DNA from: a plasmid
Sequence record: NZ_CP019209.1
Length of the DNA: 64,000 bases
Direction: 5' to 3' (one strand)
In this document: one piece after another, positions 18,069 through 28,770 of the stretch
Numbering within the stretch: the stretch's first letter is position 1
Layout of the letters: every line of letters begins with the position of its first letter
Translations under genes and position numbers: made by a program
The notes under the pieces: model-generated
What the model was told of the DNA's origin: nothing
Database searches by the model: none
What the model saw: only the letters and a program-made list of their open reading frames with translations

Positions 18069-19110
18069 CCCGTGGTGCTAGTTAATTTTAATATCCTAAA
18101 GAATATCTCAAAGTTCCTTCAAAACGTCGTTGTGCTCGACTTAATAGAGAACACTGTAAGCCAGTAATATGCTTTCAAATCTACTCTCTAGCCCTTTAAC
18201 AGAACGTGAGTTGAAATTTTGACAACCTAATTTTTCTAAGGAAGAAAAAACAGTCTCAACTGTTTTTCTTTGTTTTCCAAGTAAGCTGTGGTCTAGTTTT
18301 TCTGATTTATCCATGTTTTTACGTGGCGGAACGGATATAGTAATGCCCATAAGGGCAAGCTTTTCATGGATTTTATGGCTAATATATCCTTTGTTCCCTA
18401 GGATATTGGGAAGATTCGCTTCTTCCGATAAAGTCTCTAACACTTTCACGTCATGGACACCTGGATTCGTGATTGAGTAAGTAATCGGAAAGCCAGTCTT
18501 AGTAACGATCATATGAATTTTAAGACCATAAAAATAAGATTTTTTTGTTGAGTTATAGCCAACTTTGGTTATTTGATTCAATAGTTTTGCTTGTCTATTT
18601 CTAACTGGTTTACATAATGGACTAGGAAAACTATCTATAATTCCGACTAGTTCACCTTTGGTGAGCTTCTTGATGAAAAAGTATCGAATAATCTTGATAG
18701 TGTAAGCTAAGTTTGAACTTAAGCGAGTGAATCGACTCCTACTAGGAAAGTCACCATTAGGAAATAAGACGGAACAAACCGCTCTATACGTGGCTCTTTG
18801 GCTAGTATAGCCATTAATTATGCCCCATATAACACAAGCAATAATCACTGTATCGCGTTGCTTCAGTTGATCAGTATTTCTTCGGTTTTTAATCTTATCT
18901 GGTACACAATTGTGGTATATGTTAGAAACAGTTCTCATAATTTCCTTGAATGTTATAAAAGTATCTGTATAATGTTCAGTATATTTTGATGAACGCATAT
19001 GTAGTCCTCATTTCTTGGGAGTTTTGAGACTACTATATGCGTTTTTTTGTTGATTTACCAACATGTTTAGACATTTTCCTCTAGGAAAAAATTAACTAGC
19101 ACCACGGGTT
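18069..19110 (-). mobile_element. IS982-family insertion sequence (ISEfm1-like), copy A
   Basis: Terminal IRs ACCCGTGGTGCTAGTTAATTTT at 18069 and RC at ~19089-19110; near-identical to copy at 24758..25791. Confidence 0.8.
18141..18998 (-). CDS. IS982-family transposase (3' end altered by 2-bp insertion relative to copy B)
   Basis: 285 aa vs 302 aa in copy B; CTCTATTAA vs CTATTAA near 18150. Confidence 0.8.
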   Translation of the reverse strand: MRSSKYTEHYTDTFITFKEIMRTVSNIYHNCVPDKIKNRRNTDQLKQRDTVIIACVIWGIINGYTSQRATYRAVCSVLFPNGDFPSRSRFTRLSSNLAYTIKIIRYFFIKKLTKGELVGIIDSFPSPLCKPVRNRQAKLLNQITKVGYNSTKKSYFYGLKIHMIVTKTGFPITYSITNPGVHDVKVLETLSEEANLPNILGNKGYISHKIHEKLALMGITISVPPRKNMDKSEKLDHSLLGKQRKTVETVFSSLEKLGCQNFNSRSVKGLESRFESILLAYSVLY

Positions 19111-19150
19111 ATATTCATATTTTTCTATTTTATCTAAATGCGATTTTCAT

Positions 19151-20489
19151 GAGAGTGTAAAATATTTTGTGTAAATAGAAAAAAGGAAGTCCCTTCTGTA
19201 GAATAGAGTTACCACAACACATTCACAGAAAAGAGGACTTCCATATGAACGATTTTACTACAGAAATTCTAAAGACTCTAGCGAACAAAGGCGATTTGAA
19301 TGAATTATTCCGTGTCCATTTGGAAAAAGCTGTCAATACGCTTCTCAAAACGGAGTTAACGGCTTTCCTCGATTACGAAAAGTACGATCGCATTGGTTTT
19401 AACACGGGTAATTCTCGTAACGGCTCCTATGACCGTACGGTCAAGACCGAGTACGGGGAACTTCATCTCCAGATTCCGCGCGACCGCAACGGCGAGTTCA
19501 AGCAACAGACTGTTCCTGCTTATAGACGGACGAATGATACCTTAGAGGAGACCGTCATTCACCTCTTCCGAAAAGGTATTACCATGTCGGAAATCGCAGA
19601 CTTGATTGAGAAAATGTATGGGCATCACTACACGTCCCAAACCATGTCCAATATGACTAAATCATTTACGGAAGAAGTCACTTCATTTAAGGAACGTGAG
19701 CTTCATGACCGTTATGCCGCTATTTATATGGACGCAACCTATATCCCTTTAAAGCGGAAAACCGTCGCCAAGGAAGCTATTCATATCGCAGTTGGCATTC
19801 GCCCGGACGTATCAAAGGAAGTATTGAGCTATGCGATTGCACCGACTGAATCCATCACGATTTGGGAGGAAATTTTATTGGACCTTCAAGAGCGCGGTTT
19901 GAAAAATGTCCTCCTGTTCATCACGGATGGCTTAAAGGGGATGGTAGGAGCGATTAGTCGGTTCTATCCCTAAGCTCGTTTTCAACATTGTTGTGTACAC
20001 GTTTCCCGTAATATCAGTCACAAAGTGCGTGTCAATAATCGTAAGGAAGTCTGTGATGATTTTAAAATGGTGTATCAAGCCTCATCTAAAGAGGTGGCGT
20101 TGGAAGCACGTGGTGCTTTTGCGAAAAAATGGAAAACCAGTTATCCAAAAATGGTGGAATCGATCCTTTCGAACGATTACCTGCTCACTTTCTATGATTT
20201 CCCCTTGGCCATACGCAAGAGTATTTATTCTACGAACTTGATTGAATCCTTTAATAAGCAAATCAAGAAATACAGCCACCGCAAGGAACAGTTCCAAAAC
20301 GAAGAGTCGATGGAACGTTTCTTAGTCTCGTCTTTTGATACTTACAACCAAAAATTCCTAGGTCGCAGTCATAAAGGCTTTCAACAGGCCGAAGGCGAAC
20401 TTGAACAAATGCTGAGTCAACCGATGGAGAATTAGAAACGATCTACAGTAGGGAAGAACCATTTACACAAAATTATTGACGCTCCCAAA
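19151..20489 (+). mobile_element. IS256-family element 2 (decayed copy)
   Basis: Same terminal IRs as element 3 (GAGAGTGTAAAATATTTTGTGTAAAT / TTTACACAAAATTATTGACGCTCCCA). Confidence 0.75.
19245..20435 (+). pseudogene. IS256-family transposase, interrupted (stop at 19972 and frameshift; ORFs 19245..19973 and 20025..20435)
   Basis: N-terminal 140 aa ~identical to 60029..61207, then divergent and broken. Confidence 0.8.
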
Positions 20490-20533
20490 TGTTTGGATTT
20501 ACCTTATAGATATAAAAAGAAACAAATCATTCT

Positions 20534-20572
20534 GCAGGAATCGATTACTCGATCCCTGCTTTTTTTAACTTC
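20534..20572 (+). terminator. Rho-independent terminator-like hairpin GCAGGAATCGA-TTAC-TCGATCCCTGC followed by T7
   Basis: Read directly. Confidence 0.5.
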
Positions 20573-20853
20573 CTTTGCAGCAAAAAAAGCTCGTAATCTA
20601 AGAGATGATGGATAGTTTTTAGAATATATATATTTTCTTCAATTCCAGAAAAAAATGACCAAGCTAGTATGCTAAAAAAGTACGATGCTTCTATGATCTT
20701 TTTTCCGTCTTTATTAACAGATGTTTTAATTGATCAACGCATATTGTAATCTACCCTAATTTCCATAGTTCTTCACCACTTTTAAAAATAGTAAAACCCC
20801 TACAAGTATGCTATAGTAAATTGCTAAAGAAAAACCAATAAGGTGGGAGATGT

Positions 20854-22053
20854 ATGCGCGATCAAACAAGCGGAAAAATGATTCGTTTTTATTATACAAG
20901 TTTGCAATTTCTCTATTGGATGATGTTTTGTTCTGTCTATGGGTTTGCGACATTGTTTTTGATTTATTTCAAGATTGATCCAGCTAAAATCGGAGGGATC
21001 TTAGCATTGGTCAATATTGTTTCAACGGTGCTTCAGCCTTTTATCAGTCAAGTGATCATCAAGAAAAGAAAGATCCCACTGATCACCGTGCTGAAGACGA
21101 TGATAGCAGGATTAGGAGTGATTCTCTTAGCTGGGGTATTGATTCCGAATTTGCCGATCATTACTTATATCTTGGGTGGGATTTTAGTAGTTTCTATGCA
21201 ATCATTTCTCAATGCGCTGGCATTTGAGTATTCAAATACCGGCTACAGGATCAACTTTGGCTTTTCAAGAGCTGGTGGTTTATTTTCTTATGCTGTAACT
21301 TCTTTTTTACTGGGACAGCTGTTAGCGATTTATTCTGCCGCGAATTTGCCGATCTTGGTTATAGTTGAAGCAGTGATATTTTTCGTTATTTTGCATCTGC
21401 TGCCGGATGTAAAAAATCAAGAAGTTTTTCCTATGACAAAAGAACAGGATCGCTCAGTTTCTTTGAGAAAAAAATATCCTTTCCTGATTTTGTTATTTTT
21501 AGGTTTCAGTTTTCTTTTTACTTTCCACACCATGATCAACAGTTTTTTGGCACAGATCTTTGAAAACATCCACGGTGGCAGTAAAGAAGTCGGCATCGCA
21601 TTGATGATCGCCGCTTTATGCGAATTACCGGGAATGATCTTTTTTGAACAGCTTGTCAAAAAGAAATCCAGCAAATTTTGGCTGTCTATTGCCAGTATTT
21701 CATTTGCTGTCAGAGGATTCATGATGCTGCTGGCCGGTTCGATCTTGATGATGGAAATGACGCATCTCCTGCAAGCCTTTAGTTTTGCTTTGTTTATTCC
21801 AGCTTCAGCTTATTTATTCAATCAATTTCTGGCGGATGACGACCGTGTATTTGGACAAACGATGATCATTATCGCCACAACTCTTGGTGGGGTGATAGGA
21901 AATGTCTTGGGCGGCAGTCTGCTGCAGCATTTCGGTGTATGGGAGATGCTGATTTTCGGTACTGGTTTTGCGGTGCTAGGTGCTTTATTAACTATTTTGG
22001 GCATTCGAAAAATACCGAAGACAGGAAACGATAGTGATTCTCTTGTTGAGTAG
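20854..22053 (+). CDS. MFS-type transporter (12 predicted TM segments)
   Basis: Hydrophobic periodicity throughout 399 aa. Confidence 0.65.
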   Translation: MRDQTSGKMIRFYYTSLQFLYWMMFCSVYGFATLFLIYFKIDPAKIGGILALVNIVSTVLQPFISQVIIKKRKIPLITVLKTMIAGLGVILLAGVLIPNLPIITYILGGILVVSMQSFLNALAFEYSNTGYRINFGFSRAGGLFSYAVTSFLLGQLLAIYSAANLPILVIVEAVIFFVILHLLPDVKNQEVFPMTKEQDRSVSLRKKYPFLILLFLGFSFLFTFHTMINSFLAQIFENIHGGSKEVGIALMIAALCELPGMIFFEQLVKKKSSKFWLSIASISFAVRGFMMLLAGSILMMEMTHLLQAFSFALFIPASAYLFNQFLADDDRVFGQTMIIIATTLGGVIGNVLGGSLLQHFGVWEMLIFGTGFAVLGALLTILGIRKIPKTGNDSDSLVE

Positions 22054-22249
22054 CATAAAAATACTTAGATACTAGTTTTATATAAATAACATATAGTGAT
22101 TATTGGTGTAATTACAAAAAACGAGAATAACTTAAGTAAGCATTTCTAAATAATTGAGAAACCTCATCTAAAAAGATAAGAAAATATCCCTAATAAAACT
22201 TCTGTAACATTTTAGATAACTGATTGTAAGCTGAATAATAAACTATAAG

Positions 22250-22280
22250 GAGACGGTTAGACGGTCTCCTTTTTTTGCGT
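22250..22280 (+). terminator. Rho-independent terminator GGAGACGGTTAGACGGTCTCC + T-run
   Basis: Read directly. Confidence 0.55.
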
Positions 22281-22587
22281 ATTATAATTCTAGAATTGTT
22301 GGAAATTGATAATAATTAACAAGAAATATTAGACAGGAACTTCGAACTGCTTATCACATTCTTATTATTATATATTTGCGTAAGTAGTCCTGGTAGTCTC
22401 AATGCACTATTCTATCTTGAAACTAAGAAGTTATAGAAGGAGCAATGATAGAAAGCACGAGAATACAAATAGCGATTAAATATTTTTCTAGACAACCTTA
22501 GTTAATTCACACTGGATAGGCTACAATTAACTAGACAGAAAAATTAAGGTGTGTAGACTAGAAAAAAACATACCAGGAGGAATTTTT

Positions 22588-22878
22588 ATGTCTAAGAGAA
22601 CACGAAGAACTTTTTCACAAGAATTCAAGCAACAAATCGTCAATCTTTACTTAGCTGGAAAGCCACGTGTAGAAATCATTCGAGAATATGAACTAACGGC
22701 TTCAGCATTTGACAAATGGGTAAAGCAATCTAAAACGAGTGGTTCATTCAAAGAAAAAGATAATCTTACGCCTGAACAAAAAGAATTGTTAGAACTACGT
22801 AAAAGAAACCAACAATTAGAAATGGAAAATGATATTTTAAAGCAAGCAGCGCTGATATTCGGACGAAGAGACAAGTAA
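22588..22878 (+). CDS. IS3-family transposase OrfA (HTH + leucine zipper)
   Basis: MSKRTRRTFSQEFKQQIVNLYLAGKPRVEII...LELRKRNQQLEMENDILKQAALIFG. Confidence 0.85.
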   Translation: MSKRTRRTFSQEFKQQIVNLYLAGKPRVEIIREYELTASAFDKWVKQSKTSGSFKEKDNLTPEQKELLELRKRNQQLEMENDILKQAALIFGRRDK

Positions 22879-22899
22879 TCGATGCGAATAAGCATCTTT

Positions 22900-23750
22900 A
22901 CCCTATATCAGCGATGTGCAGAATATTAGGTCTATCACGTCAGTCCTATTATTATCAATCAAAACCAAAGAAAGACGAATCAGAACTTGAATAAGTAGTC
23001 GCTGAAGAATTTATCCGCAGCCGAAAGGCCTACGGCTCAAGAAAAATAAAAAAAGCCTTATCAAAACGAGGCATTCAGATCAGCCGACGAAAAATTAGTA
23101 GAATCATGAAAAATAGAGGATTAAAATCGAGCTATACTGTTGCTTATTTTAAAGTACATCATTCTACTTGCAATGAAGCCAAAACGACAAACGTATTGAA
23201 TCGTAAATTCTTAAGAGACAACCCATTAGAAGCGATCGTAACAGACTTGACTTATGTACGAGTCGGGAAAAAATGGAATTATGTCTGTTTCATTTTGGAT
23301 CTGTTCAATCGAGAAATTCTCGGCTATTCTTGTGGAGAACATAAAGATGCCGTTCTAGTAAAAAAAGCATTTAGCCGTATCAAACAACCTCTGACAGAGG
23401 TTGAGATTTTTCATACTGATCGTGGAAAAGAATTTGATAACCAAGCTATTGATGAATTATTAACAACTTTTGACATCAATCGATCATTGAGTCATAAAGG
23501 CTGTCCTTTTGATAATGCCGTAGCTGAATCAACTTATAAGTCGTTGAAAGTAGAATTTGTCTATCAATACACATTTGAAACCTTACAACAATTGGATTTG
23601 GAGTTATTTGACTATGTCAATTGGTGGAACCACCTTCGGTTGCACGGTACACTTGGCTACGAGACACCGGTTGGTTACCGTAACCAGAGATTGGCGCAGC
23701 GAATCCTTGATAATGAGCTCGGATGTGCTAACGCTAGCGAGGCAGTCTAA
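22900..23750 (+). pseudogene. IS3-family transposase OrfB with TAA nonsense (22988-22990; copy 2 has GAA)
   Basis: Direct comparison with intact 53947..54783. Confidence 0.8.
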
Positions 23751-23916
23751 CTTTAACTGTTAGCTCCTGCCGAAGATCGTCACATCCGAGGAGGCTCATT
23801 GTCAAGGACAATCGGAATAGCATACGGAAAGAAGTTCTGCACCTTATAAAATTTGTCAAAAAAACTGTTGCCATTCCACACAGATATATTTTAGGTACAG
23901 TCTTACAGATATAGAG

Positions 23917-24675
23917 TTAGTGCTGTGTGAATCCTGATGTTCGCAGTGCATAGGAGTCAAGTAAGATTCTAGCCAGTATAGAAAGTGGAAGTCTGGAGCG
24001 TACCTCATAATCTGGGAAGAAGGAGCCTTCTGATTTAAAGCCAACAAAAGGAATCTCGATATGTTCCATCAAACTTGAATGACGATTAGCAGTAAGCAAA
24101 ATTGTCCCGATCTCAGCTTTATAACAGTTTTCAGCTGCGGTAATCAATTCCTTTGTTTCACCGTTTAGTGAAACAAAGATCACGATGTCATCTTTGGATA
24201 ATTTTCTACTAATGTTTTTTATGATATTGGGATCAGTATGCATCTCACAATATTTACCGGTAAGTTGAAATTTGACCATCATTTCCTGAGCAATCAATTC
24301 TGAAAAACCTCGGGCAAAAATCATGATTCTTCTAGCAGCCTTGATTCGTTGAATAGCATCTTCAATATTCCCGCTTTCTACCATATTGATGGTGCGGATT
24401 ACCTCTTGCTCATTTTTAAGAATAGCAGTCTTTATTCCTTCATCAACTTTATCAAGAGCGGCAAAATTGATATTTGTATTTTCTTTTTCTTTTAACGAAT
24501 GTTTAAAAGACGTAAACCCCTCATATCCTTTTTTCTTCATAGTACGAACGACGGTTGCTGTTGAAACGTTGGCATATTCACTTAGTTTTACAATGGAATA
24601 GGAGGGGATTTCGAGTATGTGACTTTGAATAAAATCCCAGAGATATTTCTCCGATTCACTTAATTTTGTATCCAT
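23917..24675 (-). CDS. RpiR-family transcriptional regulator (HTH + SIS domain)
   Basis: N-terminal HTH, C-terminal SIS-like sugar-phosphate binding segment; divergent from PTS operon, now separated from it by an IS. Confidence 0.75.
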   Translation of the reverse strand: MDTKLSESEKYLWDFIQSHILEIPSYSIVKLSEYANVSTATVVRTMKKKGYEGFTSFKHSLKEKENTNINFAALDKVDEGIKTAILKNEQEVIRTINMVESGNIEDAIQRIKAARRIMIFARGFSELIAQEMMVKFQLTGKYCEMHTDPNIIKNISRKLSKDDIVIFVSLNGETKELITAAENCYKAEIGTILLTANRHSSLMEHIEIPFVGFKSEGSFFPDYEVRSRLPLSILARILLDSYALRTSGFTQH

Positions 24676-24757
24676 ATTTTGCCTCCGATTAGTTAGGATA
24701 ATTCTATTGTAAAGCGGGAGTTTCCTTTACTTCAAGTTTATTTAATACCCGTGGTGC

Positions 24758-25791
24758 TAGTTAATTTTTTCCTAGAGGAAAATGTCTAAACATGTTGGTA
24801 AATCAACAAAAAAAACGCATATAGTAGTCTCAAAACTCCCAAGAAATGAGGACTACATATGCATTCATCAAAATATACTGAACATTATACAGATACTTTT
24901 ATAACATTCAAGGAAATTACGAGAACTGTTTCTAACATATACCACAATTGTGTACCAGATAAAATTAAAAACCGAAGAAATACTGATCAACTGAAGCAAC
25001 GCGATACAGTGATTATTGCTTGTGTTATATGGGGCATAATTAATGGCTATACTAGCCAAAGAGCCACGTATAGAGCGGTTTGTTCCTTCTTATTTCCTAA
25101 TGGTGACTTTCCTAGTAGGAGTCGATTCACTCGCTTAAGTTCAAACTTAGCTTACACTATCAAGATTATTCGATACTTTTTCATCAAGAAGCTCACCAAA
25201 GGTGAACTAGTCGGAATTATAGATAGTTTTCCTAGTCCATTATGTAAACCAGTTAGAAATAGACAAGCAAAACTATTGAATCAAATAACCAAAGTTGGCT
25301 ATAACTCAACAAAAAAATCTTATTTTTATGGTCTTAAAATTCATATGATCGTTACTAAGACTGGCTTTCCGATTACTTACTCAATCACGAATCCAGGTGT
25401 CCATGACGTGAAAGTGTTAGAGACTTTATCGGAAGAAGCGAATCTTCCCAATATCCTAGGGAACAAAGGATATATTAGCCATAAAATCCATGAAAAGCTT
25501 GCCCTTATGGGCATTACTATATCCGTTCCGCCACGTAAAAACATGGATAAATCAGAAAAACTAGACCACAGCTTACTTGGAAAACAAAGAAAAACAGTTG
25601 AGACTGTTTTTTCTTCCTTAGAAAAATTAGGTTGTCAAAATTTCAACTCACGTTCTGTTAAAGGGCTAGAGAGTAGATTTGAAAGCATATTACTGGCTTA
25701 CAGTGTTCTATTAAGTCGAGCACAACGACGTTTTGAAGGAACTTTGAGATATTCTTTAGGATATTAAAATTAACTAGCACCACGGGTTATT
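24758..25791 (+). mobile_element. IS982-family insertion sequence (ISEfm1-like), copy B, inverted relative to copy A
   Basis: IRs ACCCGTGGTGCTAGTTAATTTT at 24758 and RC at ~25770-25791. Confidence 0.8.
24859..25767 (+). CDS. IS982-family transposase (302 aa, apparently intact)
   Basis: See above. Confidence 0.85.
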   Translation: MHSSKYTEHYTDTFITFKEITRTVSNIYHNCVPDKIKNRRNTDQLKQRDTVIIACVIWGIINGYTSQRATYRAVCSFLFPNGDFPSRSRFTRLSSNLAYTIKIIRYFFIKKLTKGELVGIIDSFPSPLCKPVRNRQAKLLNQITKVGYNSTKKSYFYGLKIHMIVTKTGFPITYSITNPGVHDVKVLETLSEEANLPNILGNKGYISHKIHEKLALMGITISVPPRKNMDKSEKLDHSLLGKQRKTVETVFSSLEKLGCQNFNSRSVKGLESRFESILLAYSVLLSRAQRRFEGTLRYSLGY

Positions 25792-25891
25792 TAATATATT
25801 TTGTAAAAGTTTTCAATGAATTTAGTCATTTATGAAAACATTTACATTCGATCTTGATACATAATGAATATGTAAGAAAGGAGGAGCGTAA

Positions 25892-26827
25892 ATGTCAGTT
25901 TATACATGTACTTTAAACTTGGCAATCGACCTTTTTATCGAAACAGATGAAATGAAACCATCCCAAGTCAATCGAACAAACGATTATGATATACAAGCTA
26001 ATGGAAAAGGGGTGAATGTTTCATTGATCATGAAGCAATTAGGTATCGATAGTACAGCTTTAGGATTTAAAGCAGGTTTTACCGGGAATTATATTGAGGA
26101 TTATTTGCATCAAAAAGATATTAGCACTGATTTTATTAGCGTACCGGGAATGACTAGAATCAACGTTTTTACACAAGTTAATAAAACCAATGAAGAATTC
26201 AAATTGGTTAATAAAGGACCTGAGATTCCTCAGGAACAAATCAAAACTTTTCTAAATCAAATACAAAAGCTGCAAGCTGACGATTATTTGTGTGTTTCTG
26301 GCAGTTTGCCGCGAGGGGTCTCACCCGAAATTCTTATTAATATCAGTCGTATTTGTTTTGAAAATAAGGTCCATCTGATTATTGATTCAAGCTATCCGGA
26401 AATAATTGATTGTCTGCCGTATCAGCCGTTCTTATTAAAACCAAACGAGGAGGAATTGCAATCTTGGTATAATGTCGAGCTTAGTGATCGTGAAGGATAT
26501 ATTCATTATGCTGAACGCTTGATTGCCGATGGAGCGAAAAATGTTCTCCTTTCTCTAGGAGGAGAGGGAGGAATATTTTTAAATAAGGATATCGTTTATT
26601 CTGGGAATTCTCCTAAAGGTAAAGTAGTCAATACAGCGTGTGCTGGTGACACTTTGTTGGGAACATTTCTTGCAGGATATTTAAAAGGTGAACAGGTAGA
26701 TATTAATTTGAAGAAAAGTTTAGCAGCTGGAAGTTCAACCGCTTTTCGTAAAGGATTAACAGATTTTTCGGATGTTGCAGAGTTGGAAAAACAAATCGAA
26801 ATCAAAGAGGGAGCGAGTAAAAAATGA
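25892..26827 (+). CDS. PfkB-family sugar-phosphate kinase (tagatose-6-phosphate kinase / 1-phosphofructokinase type)
   Basis: N-terminus MxVYTxTLNxAIDL typical of LacC/FruK; C-terminal GAGD anion hole (ACAGDTLLG). Confidence 0.75.
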   Translation: MSVYTCTLNLAIDLFIETDEMKPSQVNRTNDYDIQANGKGVNVSLIMKQLGIDSTALGFKAGFTGNYIEDYLHQKDISTDFISVPGMTRINVFTQVNKTNEEFKLVNKGPEIPQEQIKTFLNQIQKLQADDYLCVSGSLPRGVSPEILINISRICFENKVHLIIDSSYPEIIDCLPYQPFLLKPNEEELQSWYNVELSDREGYIHYAERLIADGAKNVLLSLGGEGGIFLNKDIVYSGNSPKGKVVNTACAGDTLLGTFLAGYLKGEQVDINLKKSLAAGSSTAFRKGLTDFSDVAELEKQIEIKEGASKK

Positions 26828-28269
26828 CAACTTACAAAATTGTTGCCGCAACAGGATGTCCAACAGGAATTGCCCACACTTATATGGCTCAAGAAGCATT
26901 GGAGCAGGCAGCTAAGCGCAAAGGGGTATCTATCAAAGTTGAAACCCATGGTCAAGTAGGGATAGAGAATGAATTAACACCAGAAGAAATAAAAAACGCT
27001 GACGCTGTAATCATTGCAGCTGACAAAGATGTTCAAGCAGAACGTTTCGCAGGTAAGCGTGTAATCGATGTGCCTGTCAGCAAGGGGATTAAAGATGCTG
27101 ACCAATTGATCGAAGATGCGTTGGCTGGTAAAGGTTCAATCATTGCAGAAAACAAAACAGTTGACGCTGCTGGTGAGAAAGCGGAGATGGGGGTTGCAGC
27201 AGGCATTGGTCACAGTATTTATAAAAATCTCATGAACGGTGTTTCTCATATGCTGCCGTTTGTAGTGGCAGGTGGGGTAATTATTGCAATTTCGTTTGCC
27301 ATCTGGGGTGTGTACTCTTTTGATCCCAATGATCCTACTTACAATCCGACTGCCGCTATGTTAAAGGGTGTTGGTGATGCGGCAATGGGAATGATGGTTC
27401 CTATTTTAGCAGCTTATATCGCTGAAGGAATCGCTAAACGTCCTGGTTTGGTTGTTGGGTTTGTTGGCGGACTGTTAGCCAATTCTGGCGGAGCCGGTTT
27501 CTTAGGCGGAATTTTTGCAGGTTTCTTAGCAGGCTACTTTATCTTACTATTGCAAAAGGTCATGAAAGGCTTGCCTAAACAATTGGATGGTCTGAAGGCG
27601 ATCTTCTTATATCCGGTGATCGGTGTCTTGTTTGTTGGTGTAGTCATGTCTTTATTAGCAAATCCAATGGAAGCAGTCAACCAAGGAATGATGAATTTCT
27701 TGGCAGGATTCCAAAATTCTAATCCATTAATTTTAGGGATTATCGTTGGCTGTATGTCAGCATTTGATATGGGAGGTCCAGTCAATAAAGCGGCTTATGT
27801 TACAGGGACTGCGTTGTTGGCACAAGGTAACCATACATTTATGGCAGGGGTTTCGGCAGCTTGTATCGCGCCCCCATTGATTACTGGATTTGCCGTACTG
27901 TTTTTTGGAAAATATTTCGACACGAATGATCGCAACGCTGGTTTAGTCAACTTTATCTTGGGCTCAACGCACATTACCGAAGGAGCAATTCCATTTGCGG
28001 CTAAAGATCCGCTGCGTGTTCTGCCAACTATGATGCTAGGTTCATCAATTGCTGCTGTACTGACATATATGTTTGGTGTCCAAGTTCCCGCACCTCATGG
28101 AGGTTTTCTAGTATTACCTGTTGTTACTGGTAAGGTTGCATGGGTAGGGTCGATTTTACTTGGTTCAATCGTTGGCGGAGTAATTTTAGGGTTGATCCAA
28201 AAACGTAGTGTAGAAAAACGTGAAGCAGAAGCAGCTACTGTTGAAATGAAAGAAGAAACCAACAACTAA
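26824..28269 (+). CDS. PTS fructose-family EIIBC component
   Basis: N-terminal IIB domain with GCPTGIAHTYMA phospho-cysteine motif followed by multi-TM IIC. Confidence 0.8.
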   Translation: MTTYKIVAATGCPTGIAHTYMAQEALEQAAKRKGVSIKVETHGQVGIENELTPEEIKNADAVIIAADKDVQAERFAGKRVIDVPVSKGIKDADQLIEDALAGKGSIIAENKTVDAAGEKAEMGVAAGIGHSIYKNLMNGVSHMLPFVVAGGVIIAISFAIWGVYSFDPNDPTYNPTAAMLKGVGDAAMGMMVPILAAYIAEGIAKRPGLVVGFVGGLLANSGGAGFLGGIFAGFLAGYFILLLQKVMKGLPKQLDGLKAIFLYPVIGVLFVGVVMSLLANPMEAVNQGMMNFLAGFQNSNPLILGIIVGCMSAFDMGGPVNKAAYVTGTALLAQGNHTFMAGVSAACIAPPLITGFAVLFFGKYFDTNDRNAGLVNFILGSTHITEGAIPFAAKDPLRVLPTMMLGSSIAAVLTYMFGVQVPAPHGGFLVLPVVTGKVAWVGSILLGSIVGGVILGLIQKRSVEKREAEAATVEMKEETNN

Positions 28270-28296
28270 AGGTTATTCTAGAAAGAAGGATTTCAA

Positions 28297-28752
28297 ATGA
28301 CTTTGATCAAAACAAATAAAGTTTTTATGAATAAAAATTTTACGACGCAAGATGAGGTAATGAACTTCCTTGCAGATCAGTCAATTGTCTTGAGCATTAG
28401 TGAAGACCGAGATGCAGTTTACGAAAAATTGATGGAAAGAGAAGAAGAAAGCACGACTGGTATGATGGATGGTTTTGCCATCCCTCATGCCAAAGATGCT
28501 AGTATCAAGGATGCCGATATTGTGATTGTTCGGTTAAACGGTAAGGTCGATTGGAAAAGTTTAGATGGAGAAGGAACGGATTTTGTAATCGCTCTGTTTA
28601 TTCCAGATTCAGAGGCTGGAACAACCCATCTAAAATTTTTATCTCAGGTAGCCAGACTTTTGATGCACAAAGATGTGACAGAAGGTCTGAAACAAGCCCA
28701 GTCTGCTGAAGAAATAGCTGAACTTTTAAACCAAAAATTAGAAGAAAACTAA
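28297..28752 (+). CDS. PTS fructose/mannitol-family EIIA component
   Basis: Active-site His context MMDGFAIPHAKD; 151 aa. Confidence 0.75.
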   Translation: MTLIKTNKVFMNKNFTTQDEVMNFLADQSIVLSISEDRDAVYEKLMEREEESTTGMMDGFAIPHAKDASIKDADIVIVRLNGKVDWKSLDGEGTDFVIALFIPDSEAGTTHLKFLSQVARLLMHKDVTEGLKQAQSAEEIAELLNQKLEEN

Positions 28753-28770
28753 AAAGGAAGTAGTGAAATC

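Larger units (their letters stand above)
22513..23878 (+). mobile_element. IS3-family insertion sequence, copy 1 (1366 bp), TG...CA ends, flanked by 3-bp direct repeat CAC
   Basis: Ends defined by divergence from copy 2 (53546..54911); IRs TGGATAGGCTACA / TGGAATGGCAACA. Confidence 0.85.

Noticed and set aside
19993-20241. 82-aa ORF inside IS256-family element 2
   Set aside because: It is an out-of-frame segment of the disrupted transposase and part of the pseudogene rather than a separate gene.
23557-23763. 68-aa ORFs (also 54590..54796) inside IS3 orfB
   Set aside because: Alternative frame within the transposase gene, identical in both IS copies by construction. No independent support.
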